Shown: positions 28,643 through 38,321 of the stretch, in pieces | How positions within the stretch are numbered: the first letter of the stretch is position 1 | Layout: each line of letters begins with the position of its first letter | From: Candidatus Magasanikiibacteriota bacterium | GTDB lineage: Bacteria; Patescibacteriota; Patescibacteriia; Magasanikbacterales; GWA2-37-8 | Length of the DNA: 64,000 nt | Assembly: GCA_963802255.1 (NCBI GenBank) | Contig: CAWDHY010000001.1 | Coordinates: forward strand, 427,842-491,841 | Direction of reading: 5' to 3' | The notes under the pieces: generated by a model | Databases searched by the model: none | Seen by the model: the letters and a program-made list of their open reading frames with translations, nothing else | Told to the model about the DNA's origin: nothing | Program-made: the position numbers and the translations under genes

Positions 28643-29029
28643 ATGCGTATTGCAGGCATTATTATTCCAAAGGAAAAACGTATTGTGGTGTCATTGCCAT
28701 ATATTTTTGGTATTGGCCCGGCGCTTTCTAAAAAGATTTTAACAAAAGCGAAAATCAGTGAAGATACGCGAACCAAAGACTTGACAGAAGCGGAGCAAGA
28801 TAGGCTTAGAGCTATTGTTGAAAAAGAATTTATCACAGAAGGCGATTTGCGCCGAGACGTCGGAGCCAACATCAAACGCTTAAAAGATATAAAGTGTTTC
28901 CGGGGCATTCGTCATATGAAACATTTGCCTTGTCGTGGACAAAGAACAAAGACCAATTCGCGAACGGTTCGTGGCAATGTCCGCCGAACAATGGGTTCGG
29001 GCAGAAAGCCGTCAGGCATTAAGACATAA
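28643..29029 (+). CDS. rpsM: 30S ribosomal protein S13
   Basis: MRIAGI, YIFGIG, EGDLRR, RGQRTKTNSRT. Confidence 0.97.
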   Translation: MRIAGIIIPKEKRIVVSLPYIFGIGPALSKKILTKAKISEDTRTKDLTEAEQDRLRAIVEKEFITEGDLRRDVGANIKRLKDIKCFRGIRHMKHLPCRGQRTKTNSRTVRGNVRRTMGSGRKPSGIKT

Positions 29030-29050
29030 AGGGCCTAAAAATTTTGATAT

Positions 29051-29452
29051 ATGACAACAGAAAAATTAAAAACCGTAAAAACTAAAAAGAAGAAAGTGGT
29101 TAAGCTCGTGCCGAGAGGCAATGCTTACATTTTGGCTTCTTATAACAATACTATTATCACGATTACAGATCCGAACGGCAATACTCTTGGCTGGGCGTCG
29201 TCCGGTATGGCAGGTTTTAAGGGCCCAAAGAAAGCTACGCCTTATGCGGCCACGATGGTCGTTAAATCGCTTATGGAAAAAGTGGCTGATTACGGAGTAA
29301 AAGAAGTGAATGTTTTTATTAAAGGTATTGGTGCCGGTCGTGAAGGAGCGATACGCGCTCTCCATACAAACGGTTTAAATGTTCTGTCAATAAATGACGT
29401 GACACCTATTCCGCACAACGGATGCCGGCCGCCTAAGAGACGCCGGGTTTAA
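29051..29452 (+). CDS. rpsK: 30S ribosomal protein S11
   Basis: [32 protein letters not shown]. Confidence 0.97.
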   Translation: MTTEKLKTVKTKKKKVVKLVPRGNAYILASYNNTIITITDPNGNTLGWASSGMAGFKGPKKATPYAATMVVKSLMEKVADYGVKEVNVFIKGIGAGREGAIRALHTNGLNVLSINDVTPIPHNGCRPPKRRRV

Positions 29453-29463
29453 AATAAAATAAT

Positions 29464-30090
29464 ATGTCTATAAAGGTAAATTCAAAATGCGCAAAATGCC
29501 GCAGAGCCGGAGAGAAGCTTATGCTTAAGGGCGAAAAATGTATGGGGCCAAAATGCCCTTTCGGCAAACGCAGTTATGCGCCGGGTGTTCATGGTCCTGA
29601 CAGCAGAAGGTCAAAAATTTCCGGTTATGGTAAACAATTGAAAGAAAAACAAAAAGTTAAAAGAATTTACGGTCTTTTAGAGCGTCAATTTTCAAATTAT
29701 GTGGCAGAAGCCGAGGGTAAGGTGGGCGATACCAGCAAATGGCTGACCCAATATCTTGAATCGCGTCTTGACAACGTGGTTTATCGGGGCGGATTAGCCA
29801 AATCCAGATTGGGCGCCCGTCAATTGGTTTCTCACGGTCTTATTGCCGTAAATGGCGGTAAAGTTGATGTGCCATCGTTTAGAGTGAAGCCAGGCATGGT
29901 GGTGGCCATTAAGGAGGGGGCGAAAAAGAAGAAAGGAATGGAGAATATCGGCGAGCGTTTGACTAAAGCCGAATTTCCGTCTTGGATCAGCGTGGATGCA
30001 ACAGCATTGAGCGTCAAAGTTCTAAACCTCCCAACTTTAGAAAATCCGAATTTCAACGCTCAATCAATAATTGAATTCTATTCACGCTAA
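29464..30090 (+). CDS. rpsD: 30S ribosomal protein S4
   Basis: QLKEKQK, LESRLDNVVYR, ARQLVSHG, IIEFYSR. Confidence 0.97.
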   Translation: MSIKVNSKCAKCRRAGEKLMLKGEKCMGPKCPFGKRSYAPGVHGPDSRRSKISGYGKQLKEKQKVKRIYGLLERQFSNYVAEAEGKVGDTSKWLTQYLESRLDNVVYRGGLAKSRLGARQLVSHGLIAVNGGKVDVPSFRVKPGMVVAIKEGAKKKKGMENIGERLTKAEFPSWISVDATALSVKVLNLPTLENPNFNAQSIIEFYSR

Positions 30091-30132
30091 TAATTAAAAA
30101 CATTTTAATTATTTCTTACACTCAAATCCAAT

Positions 30133-30933
30133 ATGGAAAATTTGCTTCTGCCATCAAAAATTGAGTTTATTGCCGGTGAAACGCCTAATCACGCGACTTT
30201 CGTGGTTATGCCATGTTACCATGGTTATGGCACAACCATCGGAAATGCTTTGCGCCGGGTGCTTTTGTCATCATTGCCGGGAGCGGCCGTAGAGGCGTTT
30301 AAAATTCGCGGCGTACAGCATGAATTTACCACTGTTGATGGGGTGAAAGAAGATGTTGTGGAAATCATGCTGAACCTTAAACAATTGATTGTAAAAGTGT
30401 ATAGTGATGAACCTGTTACGCTGACACTGACAAAAAAAGGACCAGGCGTCGTTACGGCCAAGGATTTTGAAAAAAATTCCAATGTGGAAATATTTAATAA
30501 AGACATTGCTATTTGCAATTTGACCAGTGCCAAACCTTTTGAAATGGACGTGATTGTCGGTCGGGGACGAGGATTTAAAACCACAGAAGAGAAGGACCGT
30601 GGAAATTATGACCTGGGGACCATTGTCGTTGACTCTATTTATAGCCCGATAAAAGACGTTGGCTATCATGTGGAATATACCCGCGTGGGAGATATTACCA
30701 ACTATGAAAAGCTGACCTTAGCAATTGAAACGAATGGAACAATGTCGCCAAAGGATGCTATTTTTCAATCAACGGAAATTTTAATGAATCATTTTTCAAT
30801 AATTTTGGATGAGTCAAAAAATAGTCCGGCTGAAGAAATAAATAAACCGGCGGAAGAAGAGTCCGTTGCCGGTGAAGAGGGGGGAGAGGAAAAAAAGCCG
30901 AAAAAGAAAGCGGCTAAAAAGAAAATCAAGTAA
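30133..30933 (+). CDS. rpoA: RNA polymerase alpha subunit (NTD only)
   Basis: GYGTTIGNALRRVLLSSLPG, GVKEDV, DSIYSP; operon position; 266 aa. Confidence 0.96.
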   Translation: MENLLLPSKIEFIAGETPNHATFVVMPCYHGYGTTIGNALRRVLLSSLPGAAVEAFKIRGVQHEFTTVDGVKEDVVEIMLNLKQLIVKVYSDEPVTLTLTKKGPGVVTAKDFEKNSNVEIFNKDIAICNLTSAKPFEMDVIVGRGRGFKTTEEKDRGNYDLGTIVVDSIYSPIKDVGYHVEYTRVGDITNYEKLTLAIETNGTMSPKDAIFQSTEILMNHFSIILDESKNSPAEEINKPAEEESVAGEEGGEEKKPKKKAAKKKIK

Positions 30934-30941
30934 ATATTTTT

Positions 30942-31298
30942 ATGAGACATCAAAAGAAGAAAATTACTCTTGATCGGAAGAGCGCGTCACGCAACGCCCT
31001 GCTTGCTAATTTGGCGGAAAGCCTGATTCTACATGAGAAAATCATGACGACAAAAGCAAAAGCCAAGGCATTGAAATCTTTTGTTGAAAAACTCGTTACG
31101 ATTGCTAAAAAAAATAATTTGTCAGCTCGCCGGGCATTAATTAAAGAGCTGTACACTAATAATTCCGTAAAAAAACTTATGGATGTTTTCGGCCCGCGAT
31201 ATGCGGAAAAAAAAGGCGGCTATACTCGTTTAATTTTAGTGTCAGATACCAGAGTGGGTGATGGCGCTGAAAAAGCGATTCTTGAATTCGTTAAGTAA
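30942..31298 (+). CDS. rplQ: 50S ribosomal protein L17
   Basis: MRHQK, TTKAKAK, GGYTR, RVGDGA. Confidence 0.96.
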   Translation: MRHQKKKITLDRKSASRNALLANLAESLILHEKIMTTKAKAKALKSFVEKLVTIAKKNNLSARRALIKELYTNNSVKKLMDVFGPRYAEKKGGYTRLILVSDTRVGDGAEKAILEFVK

Positions 31299-31309
31299 TA
31301 TTGAGTGGT

Positions 31310-31666
31310 ATGTCAAAATCAAAGAGACAAAAAATTGAGATAGATGCTGCCGGGAAAGCGCCGGGACGGCTGGCTACGAAAATAGCCATGATTTTAATGG
31401 GAAAAAATAAAGTTGGGTATAAAACCCATATTGATTCCGGTGATAAGGTGGTAATTATCAATGTTGATCAGATGTATTTTACCGGTAAAAAGTTGGATGA
31501 TAAGGTTTATCGCCATCATTCAATGCATCCGGGCGGACTTAAAGAAAAACCCGCTAAAATGCTTTTTAAGGAGAGCCCAAACGAGGTTTTGCGCCACGCT
31601 GTGGCGAGAATGCTGCCAAAGAATAAATTGCGCACAGCACGCATGTTACGTTTGACCTTTAAGTAA
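31310..31666 (+). CDS. rplM: 50S ribosomal protein L13 (short)
   Basis: IDAAGKAPGRLA, GKNK, DSGDKV, HPGGLK, MLPKNKL. Confidence 0.95.
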   Translation: MSKSKRQKIEIDAAGKAPGRLATKIAMILMGKNKVGYKTHIDSGDKVVIINVDQMYFTGKKLDDKVYRHHSMHPGGLKEKPAKMLFKESPNEVLRHAVARMLPKNKLRTARMLRLTFK

Positions 31667-31672
31667 TTGATT

Positions 31673-32173
31673 ATGCCAAAAACCGCAACTACAAAGACAA
31701 AAGCCGTTAAATCGCCGGCAGTAAAACCGGCGGTAAAGAAGGCAGTAGAAAAAGTACCCGTTCGCGAGACGGTCGTCGTTAAGGATGGAACCACTACCCG
31801 TTCTGTTGGACGGCGTAAATGTGCTTCAGCCCGTGTTCGCATTAGCCGTGGTAATGGTGAAATAGTGATCAATGGCACTGAATTTAAAAAATATTTTCCG
31901 CATTTTGCCCAGCAAGAAGCAGTGCTGGCGCCGCTTGTGGCGGTGGGAAAAGAGAAAGATTTGAATGTTAGCGTTAAAGTGGCCGGTGGAGGAAAAAAAG
32001 GGCAAGCTGACGCTGTAAAGCATGGTGTTGCCCGCGCCCTTCTTCTTTGGAATGAAGAATTCAAAAAAACTTTAAGAACTCTCGGGATGCTAACCAGGGA
32101 TGCCAGAGTTAAAGAACGAAAGAAATTCGGTTTAAAGAAGGCCCGCAGAGCACCGCAGTGGAGCAAGCGCTAA
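31673..32173 (+). CDS. rpsI: 30S ribosomal protein S9
   Basis: GRRKCASARV, GGGKKGQA, LTRDARVKERKKFGLKKARRAPQWSKR. Confidence 0.97.
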   Translation: MPKTATTKTKAVKSPAVKPAVKKAVEKVPVRETVVVKDGTTTRSVGRRKCASARVRISRGNGEIVINGTEFKKYFPHFAQQEAVLAPLVAVGKEKDLNVSVKVAGGGKKGQADAVKHGVARALLLWNEEFKKTLRTLGMLTRDARVKERKKFGLKKARRAPQWSKR

Positions 32174-32186
32174 CAAATTACAATAT

Positions 32187-32215
32187 GAGACCCGCCTTGA
32201 TAGGGCGGGTCTTTT
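32187..32215 (+). terminator. Terminator of the ribosomal operon
   Basis: GAGACCCGCCTT-GAT-AGGGCGGGTCTTTT. Confidence 0.85.
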
Positions 32216-32248
32216 AATGATACAATAGCGCTATTATACGCAATAATT

Positions 32249-33712
32249 ATGGTTTATTCCGTAGCAAAAAATACATCATTTCTCACGACGGCATCTGTAC
32301 TGCAAAAGATTATTTCTTTTGTTTATTTTACCGTCATAGCCCGTTTAATCGGTGTTGAAAATACCGGTGTATATTTTTTCGCCTTAACTTTCACCAGCAT
32401 TTTTGCTGTGGTAGCAGATTTCGGTTTTTCTTCGGTTTTAACGCGCGAGATGTCAAAAAAACCGGAGGATGCCCAGAAATTATTTTCGACCGCTCTTGGG
32501 GCGAAAATATTAATTGGAGCCGCAGCTTATTTATTGATTGTTATAATTTCCAACATTCTTGGCTATCCAGAGCAAACACGCCACTTGATATATCTTGCCG
32601 GCGCGACAATGTGGTTTGACAATCTTCATTCGCTTTTTTATGCCGTATTCCGGGCAAAAAGGAACTTAAAATATGAGTCGTTTGGCATTGTTGCCTCGCA
32701 GTTTGTTACCATGCTGATCGGGTCAGCTGCACTTTATTTGCATTGGCCGCTAATATGGCTTATCGTTGCTTATACGGTTCCCAGTATTTTGAATGTATTC
32801 TATTCCGCCTACTTTGCCGTACGGAAATGCGCAATAAAACTTGTTTTGATTATCAGCAGAAATTCGTGGAGGGAATTTTTGATAATGGCATGGCCGTTTG
32901 CTCTTGCAGGTATAATCGGCCGGCTATACGCGTATAGTGACTCCCTGATCATGTCAAAAATGCTGTCCAGTAAAGAGCTCGGCTGGTGGAGCGTGCCATA
33001 TAAGATCACATTCGCTTTTCAATTTATTCCACTAGCTTTATCGGCAAGCGTTTATCCGGTTTTTAGTTCTTTGTTTATATCGGATAAATCGTCTTTGGCG
33101 CGCTTGTTCGAGAAATCCTGGAGATATTTATTTACGATCGTCCTTCCTCTTGCCGCCGGCATTTTTGCCATTGCTCCATCGTTTATCAAATCTGTTTACG
33201 GTGAAGCATATGCGCCCTCAATATTGCCATTAAGAATTTTGGTTATTGCCTTGATTTTTGGTTATTTGGCCCTGATAAGCGGGGCGTTGCTTAATTCAGT
33301 CGGTGAACAAAGAAAGCAAACATTTATAATGGCCATGGTGTTGGTCATTAATATCGTTTCCAATATAATATTGATTCCACGCTACGGCATTACCGGTGCA
33401 GCGATATCCGCTCTTATTGGAAATTTTGTCTTATGGCTTGTCGGTTATATTCTAGTGAGGAGGATAACGGAAATAAAAGGATCAATATTATTGACATATT
33501 GCCTTAAGGCTTTAGCACCTGCTTTAATAATGGGGGCAATGGTTTTTTGGTTGGTCGAGCGCGTGCATTTACTATTTGCTATTCCGATCGGTGCTGTTGT
33601 GTATATATTTTTATTATTTATTTCCGGAGGTTTAAACAAAGAAATTATTAAAGAAATACGTTTTAAATTACAAGGCAATAAAAATTATGAAAACCTTAAT
33701 AATAACGCTTGA
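32249..33712 (+). CDS. Wzx-type oligosaccharide flippase
   Basis: VAKNTSFL, DFGFS..LTRE, LIPRYGITGAA; about 14 TM. Confidence 0.9.
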   Translation: MVYSVAKNTSFLTTASVLQKIISFVYFTVIARLIGVENTGVYFFALTFTSIFAVVADFGFSSVLTREMSKKPEDAQKLFSTALGAKILIGAAAYLLIVIISNILGYPEQTRHLIYLAGATMWFDNLHSLFYAVFRAKRNLKYESFGIVASQFVTMLIGSAALYLHWPLIWLIVAYTVPSILNVFYSAYFAVRKCAIKLVLIISRNSWREFLIMAWPFALAGIIGRLYAYSDSLIMSKMLSSKELGWWSVPYKITFAFQFIPLALSASVYPVFSSLFISDKSSLARLFEKSWRYLFTIVLPLAAGIFAIAPSFIKSVYGEAYAPSILPLRILVIALIFGYLALISGALLNSVGEQRKQTFIMAMVLVINIVSNIILIPRYGITGAAISALIGNFVLWLVGYILVRRITEIKGSILLTYCLKALAPALIMGAMVFWLVERVHLLFAIPIGAVVYIFLLFISGGLNKEIIKEIRFKLQGNKNYENLNNNA

Positions 33713-34796
33713 ATATCCTCCGCAAATTGGCGGTATTGCTTCATATGCATATAATCTAGCTTCACACCTGCCGGCAGGTGACACGTTTGTCTATGCGCCA
33801 AAAATGAAAGATGATGTAGTTTTTGACGCGAACAATGGTTGGAAAGTTTTTAGGACAAAACCGTATTTCACTTTTTTTTGGCCGCGTTGGATAAAGATGT
33901 ATCTGCAGGTGAGAAAAATTGTTAAAAGTGAAAAAATTCAGCGTTTAATGATTCAGCATGTTTTACCGGCCGGGTATGTCGGTTTTTTAATCAGAAAGAC
34001 ATTTAAAATTCCGTATTATATTTTTTTACACGGCAGTGATTTGGAAATTGGTTTAAGAAGAAAACGGCGCAAATTATCCCTCGTTTGTAAAAATGCCGAT
34101 AAGGTAGTGGTAAGCAGTATTTTTTTGAAAAATAAATTATTATCAAAAATTGAGTATTTAAAAAATATCGTTGTTGTTTATCCCGGGCCGGCTGATAATT
34201 TTTTGGCAGACGTGGACGCAGATTTGATAATGAGAATGAGATCGCAATTAGCCCTTGAAGGGAAGAAGGTTATTATTACGGTCGGACGTCTGGCTGACGG
34301 CAAGGGCTTTCCTCATCTTATCCGGTTACTGCCGAAGATTTTGGAGAGAGTTCCCAATGTGGCGTGGCTCGTTATCGGAGACGGTCCAAAAAAGGATCAG
34401 ATTATTGATTTGGTGCAAAAAAATAACTTACAGAATGTGGTCAGATTTCTAGGCCAGATGAGCAATAATTCTTTACCGCTTTATTATCACCTTGCCGACA
34501 TTTTTGTCTTGTTAACCCATAAAGATGAAGCTGTAGAGGAGGGGTGGGGAACGGTATTTATGGAAGCAGCCGCCTGTGGCCTACCCATTGTCGCGGGCAG
34601 TGTTGGTGGCGTGGAAGAAGCGGTTGAGAACTTGGTTACAGGCCTTTTGGTTGATACACATCAGGAAGCTCAGGTAATTTCCGCGGTGACTGAATTATTG
34701 GGAAAAAAGGATTATGCCGGACAGATGGGGGCTGCCGGAAGAGAACGTGTTTTGCAAAATTTTACCTGGGATAAACAAATTGGAAAAATTGCATAA
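33687..34796 (+). CDS. Glycosyltransferase family 4
   Basis: YPPQIGGI, HGSD, VGRL..GKG, EGWGTVFMEAAACGLP. Confidence 0.92.
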   Translation: MKTLIITLEYPPQIGGIASYAYNLASHLPAGDTFVYAPKMKDDVVFDANNGWKVFRTKPYFTFFWPRWIKMYLQVRKIVKSEKIQRLMIQHVLPAGYVGFLIRKTFKIPYYIFLHGSDLEIGLRRKRRKLSLVCKNADKVVVSSIFLKNKLLSKIEYLKNIVVVYPGPADNFLADVDADLIMRMRSQLALEGKKVIITVGRLADGKGFPHLIRLLPKILERVPNVAWLVIGDGPKKDQIIDLVQKNNLQNVVRFLGQMSNNSLPLYYHLADIFVLLTHKDEAVEEGWGTVFMEAAACGLPIVAGSVGGVEEAVENLVTGLLVDTHQEAQVISAVTELLGKKDYAGQMGAAGRERVLQNFTWDKQIGKIA

Positions 34797-35530
34797 TGAA
34801 TAATATGAACAAATTAATAAGCGTCATAATACCGGTATATAATCACGCAAAAACGTTGAAAACGGCTATGGAATCGGTTCATAGTCAATCGTACCGCCCG
34901 ATGGAGGTAATAATTGTAAATGACGGCAGTACTGATAATTTTAGGGAGGCGGCGGATACTGTTATGAAAGATGAAAAATACAAGGAATTTGGCATTGTTA
35001 TAATAAATCAGGAGAATCGTGGTGCTCCTGCCGCAAGAAATCGCGGTTTCAGCGCGTCAAAAGGTGAATATGTAATCTTTTTTGACGCAGATACTATCGC
35101 GAGCAGTGACATGATGAGTAAAATGAAAACAGCATTGGAAAACCATCCGGATGCCTCCTATGCATATAGTGGTTACCGGTTTGGATGGAAAGCGATGAAA
35201 CCGGTTGTTTTTGATATGAAAATGTTAAAAAGAAACAATTTTATAGATGTCACAGCGCTAATAAGAAGAAACGATTTTCCGGGTTTCGATGAAGCAATAA
35301 AAAAATTTCAGGATTGGGATTTGTGGCTAACCATGCTTGAAAAAAATAAAACCGGCGTATGCGTGCCGGAAATATTGTATAAAAAAATTGTCGGTGGCCG
35401 TATTGGTATCAGCCGTTGGCTGCCGAAGTTTGCTTATCGGCTTCCTTGGACGATGAAAGAGGTACGGCGTTTTCACGAAGCTCGTTTAATCGTAATGAAG
35501 AAACATGGGTTAACGCCAGAAGAACTGTGA
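34796..35530 (+). CDS. Glycosyltransferase family 2
   Basis: ISVIIPVYN, VNDGSTD, FFDAD, FQDWDLW. Confidence 0.92.
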   Translation: MNNMNKLISVIIPVYNHAKTLKTAMESVHSQSYRPMEVIIVNDGSTDNFREAADTVMKDEKYKEFGIVIINQENRGAPAARNRGFSASKGEYVIFFDADTIASSDMMSKMKTALENHPDASYAYSGYRFGWKAMKPVVFDMKMLKRNNFIDVTALIRRNDFPGFDEAIKKFQDWDLWLTMLEKNKTGVCVPEILYKKIVGGRIGISRWLPKFAYRLPWTMKEVRRFHEARLIVMKKHGLTPEEL

Positions 35531-36911
35531 GGGTTGTTATCCCCAGCACGTGGAAAAGAGCGGGGGAGGTGATATTAATCACTAGTAAAGACAGAAGAAT
35601 TGATTTATACAGGGGGCGAAATTCGTCCCTATTTTTTTTGCCGAAGCGCCAGATGTAGGCGATTATTAAAAGCCACAATATTCCTCCGATAAGACCGGTT
35701 TCATCTAAAATTTCCAGGTATCCCCAGTCAAAATGCGGAGTTGTAATAGTTGAACCCGAAAAAAGAAAATTTTGTACTGTGACCGTATCGCCCAAACCGT
35801 GACCGACAAAAGGGGCAAGATGTATCTTATATAATATTTGCGGGAGAAGAACCATCCTGGATAATGAGCTTAATTCCGTTTGTGGCATCGCTATACTTGA
35901 AATACGAAATCCAAAATACGACCACCCGGGATCTTGACCATTGCTTGCAATTAAGAAAAATCCCGTATAAAAGATAAAAATGCATGACAACAGGATAACG
36001 GAATTAAGCAGCCATTGCTTAATGTGCCGTCGCAAAAATAAGGCGATCAGACCGGCGATTAGCGCGAGAAAATATATACGGGTTAAGTTCAAAGATAGCA
36101 ATAACGCGCCGGCCAAAATACATAAATCATTTATGCGTTTCGGATTAATTAAATTTCGGAATATAAAAAATAGAATAATCGGTACCAGTACCAAATGTTC
36201 ATTTAACACAAGCCGAATAAAATTATATCCTATAATAGTGATTTTTCCCTGGGCAACGTCCCTAAACCAATGGTAATAATTATCCTGCAATATAAGCGAG
36301 CCGAAGCAGAAGGAAATGAAAGTGTAAACAATAAAAATTACATTTGCGGCAAGTACCGCGGTAATCATATTGAAACAAACATTTTTAAATTTTAAATCCG
36401 CAAGCAGCCGGGTTAAAGGAAAATAGTAAAGAAAAAATAAGTAGGGGATAAAATCGGAAATGATTTGCGCAGTAGAATTACCATTTAGAGCGCCATGTGC
36501 AGCTGATATGGCGGCCCAATCGATTAATAAAAAAATTAAAATATTCGGCAGTTTGAAGCTTAATATTGATTTAAGACCCATATCCCTCCATACCGAAATA
36601 AAGAATAAGGAAAGTGATGTGATTAAGAGCGCGGTACGGAGTGATATATTGAATATGGATAAAATATTGCCGCTGCCGCAAAAAATTATTTCGCCGGCAA
36701 CCAACAGCCAGCCGCGCAAATCCTTTTTTAATATCCAGTATGAGGAGAGAGCCAAAATTGTCAGAGAAAAAATGGTATTTACCAATGAACCGTGAAGCAG
36801 GGGAGTCGGCGGACTAAAAAAATATGAAAAAATTCTTATAAAAAAATATGTCAGTAAAAATAAATAGAATTGTTTTTTTACAAACATAGATATATTAAGT
36901 AATTTTTCCAT
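35409..36911 (-). CDS. O-antigen ligase/Wzy_C-like membrane protein
   Basis: LTRIYF, SSLSR, PFVGHGLG, PHFDWGYLEILDETGLIG; start may be 36887. Confidence 0.75.
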   Translation of the reverse strand: MEKLLNISMFVKKQFYLFLLTYFFIRIFSYFFSPPTPLLHGSLVNTIFSLTILALSSYWILKKDLRGWLLVAGEIIFCGSGNILSIFNISLRTALLITSLSLFFISVWRDMGLKSILSFKLPNILIFLLIDWAAISAAHGALNGNSTAQIISDFIPYLFFLYYFPLTRLLADLKFKNVCFNMITAVLAANVIFIVYTFISFCFGSLILQDNYYHWFRDVAQGKITIIGYNFIRLVLNEHLVLVPIILFFIFRNLINPKRINDLCILAGALLLSLNLTRIYFLALIAGLIALFLRRHIKQWLLNSVILLSCIFIFYTGFFLIASNGQDPGWSYFGFRISSIAMPQTELSSLSRMVLLPQILYKIHLAPFVGHGLGDTVTVQNFLFSGSTITTPHFDWGYLEILDETGLIGGILWLLIIAYIWRFGKKNRDEFRPLYKSILLSLLVINITSPALFHVLGITTLTVLLALTHVSSLRLNELRENAVPLSSSKEADKQTSAANG

Positions 36912-37821
36912 CCTTAAAATTGCGTTCTCCCGCTAGAAACTCCTTTGCATAGAGCATTTTTTTCCCCTCCAGCTGAAGTTCGAAAATTTCTATGGCGCCT
37001 GATTCGCCGCAACTGATAAATATTCTATCATTATCAATACGCACTTGGCCTGTGCCCGGATGCTCACTCGCGGAAATTGCTATTTTTCCAAATTTTATTC
37101 TTTTGCCGTTATACAAAGCCCAGATTCCCGGCCAGGAAGCATAGGCCCGATATGTATTATATATTTCCCGCGCATTCCGGTTGAAATTTATTTTTCCATC
37201 TTCGCGGTTTATTATTTTGCAGTAGGTTGCCGATGATTCGTCCTGTGGCTTTGGTAAAATTTCACCGTTAATATATTTTATAGCATCATTCAAAAAAAGT
37301 TCTGCGCCTAAATCTGACAAACGAGCGTAGAGCGATTCAAACAGCTCATCATCGCCAATTTCAGTTTTTAATATGGCTATTACCGGTCCGTGATCCATTT
37401 TTTTATCCATTAACATTAAAGTTACCCCGGTTTCAGAATCGCCGTTCAATATTGAAGATTGGATAGGTGATGCCCCGCGATATTTTGGCAATATTGATCC
37501 ATGAATATTTACGGTATTATATTTTGGGCAACCCAGCAACCTTTCCGGAATAATTAGTCCATATTCGGCCACAACTGCCAGATCGGCATCATTGAGTTTT
37601 TGGGAATCAAATGTCTTTAACGAATCCGGCTGTAAAACCGTAATATTATTTTCCTTTGAATATTTTTTTACTTCGGATTCGGTTATTGCATGCTTTCTTC
37701 CCGCCGGCCGGTCCGGCTGAGTTATGGTCGCAAGAATATCAAATTTATCACTTTCGTAAATTTTTCTAAGAATATTTGCGGCGAATCCACCCGTGCCATA
37801 AAAAACTATTCTGGTTTTCAT
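36895..37821 (-). CDS. fmt: Methionyl-tRNA formyltransferase
   Basis: TQPDRPAGR, NIHGSILPKYRGASPI, MDHGP. Confidence 0.96.
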   Translation of the reverse strand: MKTRIVFYGTGGFAANILRKIYESDKFDILATITQPDRPAGRKHAITESEVKKYSKENNITVLQPDSLKTFDSQKLNDADLAVVAEYGLIIPERLLGCPKYNTVNIHGSILPKYRGASPIQSSILNGDSETGVTLMLMDKKMDHGPVIAILKTEIGDDELFESLYARLSDLGAELFLNDAIKYINGEILPKPQDESSATYCKIINREDGKINFNRNAREIYNTYRAYASWPGIWALYNGKRIKFGKIAISASEHPGTGQVRIDNDRIFISCGESGAIEIFELQLEGKKMLYAKEFLAGERNFKDGKIT

Positions 37822-38306
37822 AATTTTTTTTCAATTCGGTATAATCCTTTTGCCTTATCGATAAATAACACTCCGTGAAGATGATCCACTTCATGCTGAA
37901 TAATTCTGGCGAAAAAATCTTCGGCGATAAGATTTATCGGCTGTCCCGATATATCCAGGGCAGTTAAAGATATTTTTTTATATCGCTTTACTTTTCCGAA
38001 TATGTCAGGCACAGACAAACAGCCCTCCTCAGCGGAAACTTTTCGTATTGTCATCTTTTGCCATACGGGGTTAATCAGGATTAAGTCTTCGGTTTTATCA
38101 TTAGTATAATCTTTCGCAATGATGCATACTTTTAATGATTCTCCCGCTTGTGGCGCGGCGATGCCCACGCCGTCTTTGGCATACATTGTCTCTTTAAGAT
38201 TATTAACAAAAAAATTAAATTTTTCGTCCGACAAATCAGCCGTTGAAATTTCACGGCCGATAGTTCTCAATATCGGATTTGGATCTGTTAAAATATTTAG
38301 AATCAT
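37818..38306 (-). CDS. def: Peptide deformylase
   Basis: GVGIAAPQ, EGCLS, QHEVDHLHG. Confidence 0.97.
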   Translation of the reverse strand: MILNILTDPNPILRTIGREISTADLSDEKFNFFVNNLKETMYAKDGVGIAAPQAGESLKVCIIAKDYTNDKTEDLILINPVWQKMTIRKVSAEEGCLSVPDIFGKVKRYKKISLTALDISGQPINLIAEDFFARIIQHEVDHLHGVLFIDKAKGLYRIEKKL

Positions 38307-38321
38307 ATAAATACGGATTTA

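Noticed and set aside
31516-32166. 216-aa ORF antisense to rplM/rpsI
   Set aside because: Shadow of highly conserved r-protein codons, with no motifs or expression signals
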